A stretch of DNA of 64,000 nucleotides from positions 3,534,001-3,598,000 of the forward strand of contig NC_134029.1 in assembly GCF_964204645.1 (NCBI RefSeq), read 5' to 3'. The notes under the pieces were generated by a model. The model worked only from the letters and a program-made list of their open reading frames with translations, was not told the origin of the DNA and did not search any database. A program made the translations under genes and the position numbers. Positions within the stretch are counted from its first letter, which is position 1. Every line of letters starts with the position of its first letter. Origin of the DNA: Tubulanus polymorphus. Its lineage: Eukaryota; Animalia; Nemertea. This document shows, one piece after another, positions 1 through 15,933 of this stretch.

Positions 1-48
1 GTGAGCATTTTTACATAGGAAATAGAGATGAAAAAGATAAATACAAAC

Positions 49-2503
<2,455 letters not shown>

Positions 2504-2947
2504 TTTGTAAGTGTGCAACAGTTTCTGTCGACAAATAGTAATTTGGAATGGGTTCCTCGATTTAGATATTCTCGGAGCAGTCCGCGATTCAGTTCAATTC
2601 AATTTAAATTTAATCAAAGTTATTTAATTAAATTTAATTAAAGTTATTGGACAGGCGATAGGCACCGGTGGCATCAGATATGAAATATCTGAATCTTCAA
2701 CGAATTTCAATTATCTTTTGCACATCAATAAATAATTAATATATGAAGGTATTCAGGCTTAGACCTTGACTATTCTTATATCCTGTAACATGTACTCACT
2801 GATCGAAAAAAGTGCCGGGCCGCGTTTAGACTTTTTAGTTTCAACGTTTTTATTCGGTGAATAGTACGACATTTGACTTCGCGCTAGACGGCGCCTTCTT
2901 CGATTTTACTTCCGGGTCTATTTTCTGAAAAATAAAGAAATCCGAAC
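2504..2947. promoter_or_regulatory. Putative bidirectional promoter between HARS and CCDC22
   Basis: The divergent start codons are only ~445 bp apart. There is a CpG-richer patch at about 2810-2920 and an ETS-type ACTTCCGG motif at 2908-2915. Confidence 0.6.
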
Positions 2948-5900
2948 ATGGATGAAGTTGACGGCATAATTATCCATTCTTTACGCTCAGTCGGGTGGTA
3001 AGTTATGATAATACGTTACACAATCTAGGAAGCAATGATTTTTACAAACTGTCATTACGCTTAATCGCTGTGCTGTGCGTGTTGTAGAGTCAAGCAAGTT
3101 GACATATGAGACGAGTACCTCCCCTCTGGACTGTGTGGTCCATTTTAGTATATATCTACCATTGTAGGATTGATGTTAATGACTACCCTCCCCATTGTAT
3201 CAATGGTTGCAAGTTTGTCCTGATGAGACACTTGGCAACGGGGAGGAGAGCGTTGGGTGTTTAATCAGTAAATTATTTTATTTTATCTTTTTCTGTTGGT
3301 CTTAACTCTTAACCAGTAAATGAAATTGATTTTTTCTTTTAGTACAATTCAAGAGAATGTGGAGAGCATTCAACAGTTTGACACAGAGCTGATCATTGAG
3401 GCGACTGTCAGATGTTTGCGAGTTATCAATTCATCTTTAGAGTTGCCTCATCACAAACTACCTCCGAGCATGTCTGCTAGATTCAGAGTCGGTACAAGTC
3501 TTGCTCAAGCGTGTACTGTAAGTAATGGATTGACTCAAACTTAGTTATCAGGTGTTGTATTTGGGTTCTTCATTAGACCTCACAAAACCCTATTACTAAG
3601 ACTGATGACATATAATGTTACAAGACCATTGATAATTAAACCATCTTTATTGTCCTTCACATGTGCATCACTACCTCTGTCACGTGACCTTACATCATTT
3701 GTCTTACATTCAAGAACGATACAAAGTAACTATATTACACTGGTCCAAATTCTGTTTAGATTTGTTGAATGTGTTATTTTAGGATCTAGGTTACAGAGGT
3801 GAAGTTGGTTACCAGACGTTTCTGTACAGTAATGAACAGGATATACGCAGAGTATTCCTGTTTTTATGCGAGAAACTGCCGAAAGAAAGTGTTGAGACCA
3901 CCGAGGAAGCTTTGGGTAAGCTATACATGACATATCAGTTGTATCGAGTACAAGAGCTCAATTTCTGTCTCTTTCAGTTAAGGCAGGGAGAGGGGAGGCT
4001 TTAGCTATCAATACTAACAGGTAACAGGTATGGAGAAGGGTTGAGTGAGGGTGAACGTAGGTCACAACACCTCCACCCATTGTAGGGCAAAAAAGGTCCA
4101 TGCACGTAAGACCACATATGTCTGTGCACACAGGACAAGAAAAGTCCATGGGAACAGGACAGAAAGTTCATCATGTTCAGTTTTTAAATCTTTTCATAAT
4201 TTATCTCCATGTTTCAGGTGCATCTGCTTTACTACAGCGAGCTGTATCAGCAAAATTAGCTAGGAGCTTGAAATCTCCATGGTTACCAGCTTATTGTAAG
4301 AGAAAAGGACTTTGTCGAAGAGGTGATCCACCGACTTGGGTCAGAGAGGTGAGTTCAGAGAAAACGGAAGTAACAAATGACTCTGATTCTGATGAAATCA
4401 TCCTCTGAGATGAGGTTTATCATGTGTTGCATATTTTCACAGGGTTGCGCTGGTGTTCATATTTATCATTCCTGTAATTTGACTGCTCCCCAAGGAACTA
4501 CTGACTTGACAAAGAAAATATCGAAAGGTTGGTTTGTTTAGAGTAATTTGCTTTCCTTCCATTCAGAGAAAAGGATATTGACAGTATTAATCGCAGTTCT
4601 TTTGGAATTGCACTGGTTACCTATCTTGAAACAAGATTATTGGTACACGGGCACTGATTACTGTAGAGAGGTCAGGTGTTCAGGAGGCTCTTTTAGGAAA
4701 AAGTTTGTTATTGTACTTGCGTTTATTCTCATGTATTCGTTTTTTAGGACTGCGGCAGTATTATAAGAATGACATGAAATACGTACACGAACAACCGATA
4801 CATTCCCACGATTTAGCTTCTTCCCTGTTTGAAATGAACGCATTGGCTTTAACCGCTCAACAAGATAAAGAAAACGAGTGGAATCATCACGGCCTCGCGT
4901 CGCATCTATCGCCGGACGAATACAAGGCGAGGAAACGTCAGCGCGTTGATAAGAAAATCTCGGAAATCATTCGTCACAGCGTTCAACAGAGCGAATTAGC
5001 ATCGGCTGCCGGTGCCGATTTGATGTCGGTGATGAACGCGATTAGCGACCGAGCTGGAACTGGCTTAAAAACTAAAGGCTCAAGATTCACACACGCTGAA
5101 AAATTACAATTTGCTCAGGTTCGTTTCGCTTCTGATGCCCCTGATTTAGTGACAATCTGATTCATTAAATAAATCCTGATAATATCTAACCATACTTGCT
5201 GGTATGTAACTATTGTCAAGTTTTTGGTTCAAAGCAGCTACTCTGGCCTGTCCTGCATTTTTAGATACTTAAGAAAATACTTTCGTATAGTATAGACTTC
5301 ACTTCCTTCAGATCTCGCGGGACCAATAAATCTTCTCATCATAGGTACACAATTCTGATGTAGTTGTAGCAGGGATGGTTCATTATCGCAATGAATCAGA
5401 GTAAGAAAATCTGTTGTACACACAATTGTCTTGAGCACAGGATAATCCAAGGGAATCAACACTGGGGTTAAATAGAATCTACTTTGTTTACACTGAAATG
5501 GTCGAAATTGTCTCATTTTAGGATGAAGATAAGACTGCAGCACAGATAGGAATCGGCGAAGGTCCACGTAAAGACACCGAACAAGAACTGATCGAGAAAC
5601 AAGAGAAAGAGTTACAGGATTTACGCGACGATCTCGCGACCGTTACATCAAAACTCGAAAATATGGAACTTGATATACGAAAGTTCACTGCTGGAATCAA
5701 ACAAGTAACTGCTTACCGGAATAGATACAAACTCTCCTTTTTTCAGTCAAGTCGAGATTATTCCAATCATTGTTGTTGTTTTCAGATGGAAGAACAAACA
5801 TCAACAGTTAAACGAAGCTGCGAAGAAAAAGAACGCAGTTACAAAGTGAAGAAACGTACGATTGATTTACTTCCAGATGCTGAGAATAACATCGCTAAAT

Positions 5901-7767
5901 TACAGGTACGAGGATATATCCCTGCATGATTGGAACATCAGCTCAATCTCAAAGTTACAACTTTAATGATTCATGTTAATGATCAGCTTTCTTCAAAGCT
6001 TTGAGCAGAGTCATGACTAAAGTCCAAACTTTGTCTTCCTTAAGACTGGTGGTTGTAAGTTAGGTTCGTTATAGAACTAAGTTGGTCTTAGACTGTTCTC
6101 CAATTTAAGCCATAACTATGCTGCTGGCCCCTGCATCTCCATTCAATTATTTGAAAACATTGATATCTGCAATTAGTTCTTCTCATAGTTTGCCAAATTA
6201 GGGCAACATCTACTCATGACAGAGATTTGATTTTGAAATCGTTAATTTCAGTACAGATATAGTTGTGTGATCGGCTGTTGAATTTACCAAATCTTTTGTT
6301 TAAATCGAAGTGTGGAAAATTGGTTCCAGTTCATTCAAACAATCACCCAACCAGCCTGGTTAGTAGTTTCAGCCCGTGGTTCATTTGTATTTTTCAGGCT
6401 GTTGTGGATAGTAGCGCGCAACGTCTAGTGAAATTAGGAGAGCAATGGGAGAAACACAGAGCACCTCTTATCGATCAGATTCGAGAATTGAAAATGTTGA
6501 ATGAGAACAAAATGGTGAGTAAGATGACAGTATAGGATGAGAGGTGGTTTAAGGGTTTTACTTACTGTTCGATATGATTTGCTCTCATCTAGTCCGAGGC
6601 GCAAAAGAAATTAGAAGAAATAAAGGAATTGCGTCAGAAAATGAAAGAATTGGCGGAAGAAACTCGAAACAAGGAAATATTGCAGAAACAGTTGGTATGT
6701 ATGGGATTGAAAAGTCCTAAGTTATTGCTTTAAAGCTTTGCTGCTACTGAGCGAAGATTCAGAAATGAATACAGGTTCACAGGTTCTCTTAGGACAATCA
6801 TTATTGAAAATGAACAGAATTTAATTCACAAAGGATCAATGATTTAATGTATTTGGAGTTTTCTTTTAATTTCTTTTTTATGTGGTTTAGATGTCAGAAT
6901 ATGAACGTATGACGAAAGACGTCAACAGATCGGCTTACACACGTAGAATACTAGAAATAATCGGCAATATTCGCAAACAGAAAGATGGTATTGATAGAGT
7001 ACGTTGCATAAATAATTAATAATAAATACCTGAATATTTTTCATACATTTGACAATCTAATCAGGCAGTTACTATTTTCCTACATATTTCTCTCTCTCAC
7101 TCTGATCAACAGGTGTTGATTGATACTAAAGCCATACAGAAAGAGATTAATCAACTATCCGGTAAATTAGATAGAACGTTTACGGTGACAGACGAACTCA
7201 TATTCAGGGTAATTGATATCTCTCGCAATTAATGCATATCAAATAGCAAAAAGCATAGCAAATTTTCTTTTTCATTTATATAGGATGCCAAGAAAGACGA
7301 ATCAGTTCGTAAAGCGTATAAATATTTAGCTGCTTTACACGAGGTAAAAATACAGTCAATTATCGAATATTTCGGGTATTCTGACATAACTGGGCCTTCC
7401 GTTCCTTCATTATGTGGTTTCCTTTTATATATCTATTAAAAGTTCCTTTAGGAGCCATCGATTCATTACATGAATAAAAAGATCACTTTTAGTAAAAAAA
7501 TATAATCACTTTCTCTTCATGAAATATGTATGAAATAAACCGTTGACACAGAATTCATTATTCGTGTTTCAGAATTGCGACATGTTGATTAAAACGGTCG
7601 AAGAGACGGGGATCTACATGAGAGAGATCCGCGAACTCGAGGATCAGATCGAAAACGAAAACAGTAAAAAAGTCGCCGCGAATCTCGAACGTATCTCCAA
7701 CGATTTACTGCAGATGAAGAAGGAAAACGCGACGCTGATAACGAAAATAAAATCGAAATCTTCCTAA
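2948..7767 (+). CDS. CCDC22: Coiled-coil domain-containing protein 22 (CCC/Commander complex subunit), 14 exons, ~641 aa
   Basis: Exons: 2948-2997, 3343-3517, 3783-3915, 4218-4348, 4443-4527, 4748-5118, 5522-5704, 5786-5905, 6398-6514, 6593-6694, 6891-6998, 7113-7208, 7284-7343, 7573-7767. All are GT-AG and frame-consistent (1926 nt). Motifs MDEVDGIIIHSLR, LPPSMSARFRVGTSLAQAC, LGYRGEVGYQTFLY, GSRFTHAEKLQF, RSAYTRRILEIIGNIRKQK and LDRTFTVTDELIFRDAKKDE are typical of CCDC22. Confidence 0.95.
6008..6131. mobile_element. Decayed copy of the 54204-54341 MITE
   Basis: Shares TTAAGACTGGT, TATAGAACTA..TTGGTCTTAGACTG and the end ACTATGC..CTGGCCCCTG. The left TIR is eroded. Confidence 0.7.
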
Positions 7768-8356
7768 CGTCAGCTGCTGTTAGAAAAACCGACGAATATT
7801 TGATAGTAGTTCCGTTCAGGAGTAAATATGATACTAGATTTAGATGTAGGAAGTGATATAGATTTAGAAGATGAACTAAGAATATGATCGACATCTTAAA
7901 TGTACTTAAACTTGCGCCTACGCTGTAATTGGAAATAAGATTTTTATTAAGAATTATGTGGCTCATTTTAAGCTAAGATTGTCTGCTACTGTCAATGAAA
8001 TATAGTTTTGAATGTTGCCTAATCTGCTCAAAAGTGAAGTTATTTTTATTGATTTGAGATTGTTTGTGAGACTGTTCATTTATTAATCAAATGTGCTTCG
8101 TCGAAAATAGATGAATACATGTATAGATAAATATCATATATAACGTAATATATTTAATATATATAAATGTAATGATTCGGATGCTTAGTGGCTAAACAAA
8201 CCTATACAACTGATGTTAATTTTACTACCAAATTTTCTTTGATAAGTTACTATTCCCAGTTTACACGAAGCTGATCGGGAATAATTTTGAATTTATTGAA
8301 ATGTGATAACAGCTAAAATTAAAACTCAATGATTTCTATTCCATAAAACGCTATCA

Positions 8357-8458
8357 GGATCCAGTTCCATAATTGTGAGTTGACTCGGAGTTAAAACCTT
8401 TATATTTCCAATGTTTTATTTTCATTTAATTTCAACGTAGATCTGTGGAACTGGATCC
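8357..8458. mobile_element. ~100-bp palindromic MITE family A, copy 1
   Basis: TIRs GGATCCAGTTCCA / TGGAACTGGATCC. Related copies at 18169, 33056, 49568 and (partial) 58388. Confidence 0.75.
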
Positions 8459-8610
8459 ATGAGTATGAATCGAGCCTCCAGTGTACATTTATCTATCTAG
8501 TCATAATTCTGTTCAATTCCCGTTAAACATGTACAATGTAATTTATCAACGAATTGTGCTCGTAATCAAATAAGTATTTATACCTGTGTAAAATGATGAA
8601 CGATAACGCA

Positions 8611-8616
8611 AATAAA
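8611..8616 (+). terminator. Candidate polyadenylation signal for CCDC22
   Basis: AATAAA lies ~850 nt after the stop codon and is followed by a TG/T-rich stretch. Its use is not demonstrated. Confidence 0.4.
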
Positions 8617-9210
8617 ATTTGTGTCAGAATGAATTCATTTTGTCGGGTTCGTTACTGACTGGTGTTATTCCATCCACAGCGGAATCTTATTAGAAGGTGG
8701 TGACATTGAGAAATAATTCAGTGGCGAATTGTGACACTAAACCATAAACCGTGGTACAATAAAATAGATGATGGAAATAATATTAGGCCGAGCTAAGATT
8801 TAAGACCGGTCTCCGACCCTCGCATGCTTAAGTCTGGTTGGGCAGCTCCGATCCTCGTTTGCCATAATTGGTTGACTATGAATTTAGGGTTTAGGTATCA
8901 GGCTTTCAGCAATACACTGATTATAAATGAAATACGCCATTGTCTCACTACTACATGTAACTTGTACAGATCTTATTTAGAGCGCCTGTAAAAGTATCGT
9001 ACTTCTATTTCCTATGAGGCGACGATTACTGCCGATGGCTGATTTGATCCAAAGAAAATCAAATATATTAAATTGATTTTCCTTGGAATGTACCATTCGT
9101 CGTTTTATGGGTTGTGAACTAACGACCACACACCGCCGAGTAATATTGAAACGAATTCCTCGTCATAAAAATAACAAACACAAACACATATCTATATATA
9201 AAGACATCCA

Positions 9211-12200
9211 TTTATTACAAGTAAAAAGCATAGCACAGGTTTATAAAATATTATGCAAACGCATTGAAATAAAATTGTACAACATTGGTTTACTTGCAGT
9301 ATGTACTGATATTTAGTTTGGGCAGGCTTCACCACTTTGTATATAATAAACATCGTGTCGCAGAAGACACAACACGACTTACTTTTATACTTTGAACATA
9401 TCTGTCGGTTATCTAGTTATGGATAGCATATCAAATGTATTTGCAAGCGAAGATCGAACTTAATTTTCTGTGTTTTCGATGAAACGAAACGCTTTATCTT
9501 ATTGCGAAGTGTATTGTTTTTTTACAGATCGACTGCCCTTCTAGAAACTCGCATACTTTCTTCCGGTATCGCTTTTTTTTATTTTGCGCGGTCGAAGCCT
9601 TTCTCTTTGATCTGTACCAATGAAAAGTGTTGTTGTTGTATCTAATGTAATAACCATAACACGAACTATTTTACCATTTAAAATGATTACACATCAAAAG
9701 CTGGTATTATTGGTTTAGTATGCGCTTTATGAAATTCACTAAAAATCTTAAAATCTTCAATTTTATTTCAATGGTTTGTACGTATATGTATAACAGTGAA
9801 AAATTAAAATCCTGTGCTTTTCTGTTTATCATCATTCTTCGTCAAACAATTAATCGTAATATTTTTATCATTATCATCATTCGAAATATATAATATGATA
9901 TACGCTTATGAAATATATGATCCCCATTTTAATAGCAGGCTTCCAAAAAGCATATCGTTAGAGGCTTAACTACTACTATAGCACTGGTAAATAAACATAT
10001 TCGTGCGACCTAGTGTTTTACTATACTTATTGCACTATCAATTGAATCAAATAAATCAAATGAGATTGCTTCTCCACTTTAAGCTTCAATGTCGCGCCTA
10101 GCGTTAATTTGGTTACAATTTCTTCGACGACGAGGGGCGAGAAAAAACACTTGAATGACTTCTTTCCGAACAAAGTACAATTTCAGAAACTGCATTCTTG
10201 TTTATCCGCTCGTCTGTTGCCAGTGGCGACGAACACGGCAGGTGATCATTAATAGTTCAAATCAAAATTTACCGTTGCGATTAAGAGCAATAGCTTTCAT
10301 CCTGGAAAAGGCAATTAACCAGTAACTACCTGACAAATGATGCAATGAACGTTTATTTTTTCGACGAATGCTTCAGTGATAGGCGGAGCGCTGATTAGAT
10401 CTTTCATCCAGAGAACGTATATACCTTTTTGTTGTCGAATGTATGTGGTCGAATGTATGTTTAGGAAATTGATAATGCGTAGAATGCAGCTTTCTAATTT
10501 GATTTACATTGAACAGAAATTGAATTCACTATTTTCTCCGAACCCCCGCCGCCGCGTGAACCGGTGTTACACCGTAAAATACATACATCCTATAAGAGCA
10601 TATAGCTGCTACATATATCATGTCTAAAACAATCATCAAATTACGCTCGAATTTCATCCATTATCATAGATAATAGGGTCCCATCAAACATCTTATTCAA
10701 ATCTAAAGAAGAAACAGAGAAGCTGATGATGCAGAAATGATGGCAATGAAGGTAAACGCCTAAAACGCTGCAGCTTAAGAAACCTGATCACTTTTTAGTA
10801 TTTATACATCGATTACACACGTACAACACTTTAGACGATCGTTAGTTATATTTTGATAATGATGATAATAATAACGATAACTATTTCACCCACGCTTGCC
10901 AGGGCCGGATGGCGGAGTGTTTTCCGCGACCTGAATTGTGTATATCTTGAGATCCGTGTCGTCTGCTTTGAAATAAGGCGGCCCTGGTGAGCTAGGATGA
11001 TTTAATAGGCTGTACATCGAGGAAGCGTCAGATTGTGAAGTATTCTATAAATAGTAGTTGGTCCACATTAAATTGTCGTCTCAAATGAAAATTATTTTTT
11101 GTATTTTTTTCTCAACAATATATATATTTTACATATACAATAGTTATATATAATCGTCATAAGTAGAATGATTAATACAAACATGATTTTTGGTAATAGT
11201 TGCCTGTGAGAAGCAATAACTAAATATCAGTTAGAGCTAGTTTTTAAAAGCAACGAGGTGAGAATTATCCGAGAGTTGTCTATGATTCTAAAAAGAAAAA
11301 TTGGTGATTTCAGCTAAGCAGTTCAGAACACATTTAGTGCAATGAATACTTTTATATTCACAATTTGATTTTGATACTCGGTTTACTTTTCTAAAGAATC
11401 CCGTCATTGCGTTGCTATTTATGGACTAATCTCTAAAAAATCTCGGGATGAATTTGCCAGTCTACGTTCAACTAGAAAACCAACTCTTTGGTGTAAATCC
11501 TGAAGGAATACAACGGTTAGTTAGATCACTGTGACTAGTCTACCGAGTATTCGAGTATCACATTTCTCTTAAAGCTTTTTCAAATGTTGGCCAAGATTAC
11601 GACCACACGTCACCAGACTGTATGAATATCCTACAATCGCATTCAATCCTTTTTCATCGATTCAAATGTCAGTATCTAATTTCTTACTGAAAGTTTTAGT
11701 GTATCAGATGGTCATTTTGTAAATGAAAAAGTGATCTCGTGCGTAGAATGGTTGCTCATTCCATATTTAACGTTGGTTTTCAATGAAATAGACGCATGAA
11801 ATTCTATTTTCGACGCATAATCACAAGTTTACTATTATTCTATAACAATATTATGAGGTATCTATAATCACTGCTCGACTTCCAACTACTTCATGCTAAT
11901 AATAATAGAATCAATTCTATTTACACTCACCGCTTCATGACAGTAAAAAGTAAGAGCGTATCAATAGAAAAGCTTTGTGCTTTTATCAGTAAAATTGTAA
12001 CAATTTTTTTTCTGCTGCGTTTGCTGAAAATATAAGTATATTATAATGGTTTAATATACCATACTATTCAAATATATATTGAATCAAATTTACTTTCGTT
12101 TTTTTAGACCAGAGCACAAACAACGGTCAGATGAAAAGCAAGAAGGATCGTAGGTCAAGGTCATATCGCAGCTCACCGTCAACTGCCACGAAGTTCAGAA

Positions 12201-12243
12201 TTAATTATTTTTTATAAAACATTTATACTAAGTATAAGAAATC

Positions 12244-12275
<32 letters not shown>

Positions 12276-15200
12276 CATAATAATAATAATCGCATTATCA
12301 ATAATAATTTATCAATATATCACGTGACACGTAAGTAACCATGAAAAGTGTGTCGTATATATTCATTTATATATGTATAACAGCTTCATGAATCGTCGAT
12401 TATTATTTTAATATTTTTACTACAGAAATATGGTAAGATATATTTATATATTTATATTTACATCATAAGCGGGTAAGCAGAAACCGCCGTAGCTACCAAA
12501 ATCTCTTATATCCTCTGGATTACCAAATGAGGAAACTACAATCAGTAAGCAGACATCACTTCACAAATTGAATCAGTTATTTTGTCCACGGAGCGAATCT
12601 TTTAGTTTATTCATTCTTTAGATTCATCCATATTGTTCTTACTTGCTACGTTCTTTCTTACCATGTAATGATTTTATTACGTTCTTGCCCCGAGCGATGC
12701 ACTCATGCCAAGAGACTTACAGACATACTCGTTAGCACCATTGGCTTTTTGTAATTCACTGGAGGTTGATGGAAGATTTTCGCTAAGAACTCGTACATAA
12801 ATTCCCTCGATTGTTACCAGGGTCAATTCTCATAAGTTGGTTTAATATAATTGGTGGTACATGTAGCTATGAATATTTAATAATTTCATCCTGTAAAGAC
12901 GTCTCATTGAGCCGACTGACACTAATGGAAATTATTCGTTGCAAGCAGAAACAAAATATCTGATTACACATGTATATACAACAACGTTTCAGCATTTTCG
13001 ATTTACAACCAATATTTCATCTCGGCAATAAAGGTACCTGGAATTTGAGGTTGCCGCGATACCTCTCCATCGGGGTGGTTGTAATCACATCATATAGCAT
13101 CCTCACCTGCCAGGGCAGCAGCTTCGATAAATTCTCATATTCGGCATGAAGCGTTATGCGGTATGTTTGCCAGCGCTTTGCGCGATTCTTTGCAATTCGA
13201 CATCGAACTGCCGGTCACTAACACTGGCAAGCGAGGATGCTGCCAGCGTGCGTTTTTCATTTATCACTTTTTAATCGCGTTCGTTTTTTATTCCGAACAA
13301 GCCCTGAACAAGCGTTTTTTTTAAAGCACCATCGTCCGTACCGAATCATGCAGCGATTCCGTAATGCTACCTATCTTAACTGATACGATAGAATGCCCGA
13401 ACCCAGGGCACATAGCGTGCACCGAACAGTATGATTTGAACCACACGTAACATATACACAGTATACAGAATGCAGAGATAGAGGGAACAACATGAATTTG
13501 TTCCCATACGTACATATTAGACCAAAACCATAATATTATTACCATATCAAACATCTAGAACACTTCGAAACAGTGAGATTTTACATAAATATATAATTCT
13601 TGAGTATTTTACTATATATCCATCGTACATTGGTGTCTTATGTGTAAGAACATATTACAAAAAGCAGCAAAACAAAACTGTTCATACCTGAACAGGCTGC
13701 ATGCCCGGCGTAGAAGGAATTAATTCATAAATTCCAAAATTTCTTTATACCTTTCAAATAAACAACGATTTAGAAATAATCTCAATAATTTGTAAACGTT
13801 TTTTCGCGGAGTAAAATGATCGTTCTCGAAGATAAGGTAACGTAAAAACATAAATTTCCGTTCGAAAAAAGTTTTGCCCGCTCTCTAAATTAGTTATAGT
13901 CGGTTTCATAACGCTCCGTGGTGAATATAAGACGAAGTGAACACATAGCAAGACACCGCTAGGCATCGTCACATTTTACAAACACGCAGATCGGTATTAC
14001 ATAAAAGTTTATTCAAGCTTGCCGAAAAAAACAGCGCTGTACACACCCATCAGTATGCGACTATTTACACTAGAATGTATCTCATACCTGATTTTCTGAT
14101 ACGTCCCCTGTTAAGAGTTACAGTTTCGATGTGAGTTGCTACTCGAGTTTTTACTAAAACACCCACAATAAGTAGTGTTAAGTATAGACCAAAATATATA
14201 CGGATGATAGTTCATTTTGTCAGGATTTTAGTAAAAAGCCCTGACATAGGCAATTATCATTGGACGCAATGAGCACAAGGGTTTTTATCAGGAATTATCA
14301 GGGGTTTCACTTTTTTTCGACAATTCGTGCTCTCGTTTCTGGGAGTTTCGTGAAAAAAATTCAGGTTTTCTATTATCACGTGGTGAACCAAATCCGCAAT
14401 TGTGTTGGTTTTCTTTGTGCCTTTAAAAAAAAATTCATATTCAAAATATGAATTCTACTTTGTTTATATGTCATACAAGAAAATGTATGTTCTCCAACTT
14501 AATTAATATCAGTCGATTCGAAAAAGTTTACGAACATACGTAAAAACGTTTTTCATAGCCACACTGAACTAAATGATCCGAAGTTTCAATGGTAATTTCT
14601 GTTTGGTGTAATCATATTATGTTTAGTTGGTAATTGCGCTGGTCTGGGTGCAATCAGGCAACCATTAACTCAGCTAATAAACAACACTCAGTTTCTCATT
14701 GTAGCATTATATGCACTGGAGTCACTCGCACGTCACCGAACACGACCGAAAGGATCGGCCTATATAGCCATATACTCGTTGGCGGCGCTTACTCGTCTTA
14801 AACACTTTCCAGTTTCATTTTTTCCCGTACACTAAATTCATCGAACGGTATTCATTTCTTTTTTTTCGTTTTAAAAATGGGTGGTTTCATAAATGCATCA
14901 GATATGACTTAGTACGTAGTACGGCAGGGAAAAACTAACAAACCGATAGGAAAGAAAGAAACAGATGCCATTCGACGGCTAGGGTTTTGCGTTATAAGCT
15001 TTGCTATAAAAATAAAATAGGTTTTCATAAATAACAAGATGAGGATCGAAGGGCAAGTGTGAATGAGCGGTTGTAACGCAACTCGCGATGCAAAGATATT
15101 ACTCAGGTTCTATCGGATCTGTACATATATCTAGCCTCTTGAATGAGATTCTTCCTACAACCGAATTCAATCTCAATTTGTTCTTAACACGAACGAATGT

Positions 15201-15933
15201 CAACCGGTTCGCAAAATTCAAGTCCCGCGGATAATTGACTGACTCGCTAATGGCGGTGGTATCTTAAGTGACGCCAAATATTATCAAAAGCTGAACGCGA
15301 AGAATATGAAGTAATTTTGATTGCTTATTTTCATACCGCATTCCGACGTATATTGATCTTATTCATTACGCTAAGATGTTTCCGTGGCTAATTTTCGACA
15401 TAATATTCTTTCTCTAAGATATATCTATGTTTATATATGTATATCTATATGTACATTAGGTATATATTATCGTTTCGAAGAAACAGGAATGAAAGTTTGC
15501 CACCGAAACAATGCAGCATCATTTCTGATGCTGTAAATAAGCAATGCATCCATCTCCGATGTTGAATTTCTTTCGAGCGAGGATGAAACTAGTGCACCCG
15601 CCATGCAAATAACGTCTTGTAAAAATAGTCACTTTTTTCACTCCTCAGCAGCCATTTTGAACGTCAAATACATCCACACGCAGTTGTTGTTATTCAGAAT
15701 TCTAAATCCGCTTGCCCTTGCTATAACAAAGCAAGAATTATACTCGAGTATACGCCGTAGAATATCTTATGAGTATATATATATACATATATATATATAT
15801 ATACGTGTATATATAAAAATCAAATACTTTTGGCAACAAACTCAGTCGGTCGTGTAATAATAGTAGTTGTAGTAGTACGATTAGATAAAACAAAACTCGA
15901 TAATAATCAGTTTTTATCTTGTTGTTATTTTTT
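9211..15933 (-). other. Putative long 3' UTR of the M6/PLP-family gene
   Basis: No coding exons are recognisable and the minus strand is U/GU-rich. Minus-strand AATAAA occurs at 14008, 13287, 12606, 10352 and 9211. The actual extent is inferred. Confidence 0.45.
12246..12290. repeat. (AAT)n microsatellite
   Basis: About 15 AAT units with one interruption, seen directly. Confidence 0.85.

Noticed and set aside
15513-15534. Small perfect hairpin CAGCATCA-TTTC-TGATGCTG in the M6 UTR
   Set aside because: It is too short for a pre-miRNA, does not match IRE, SECIS or histone stem-loop patterns, and is compatible with chance.
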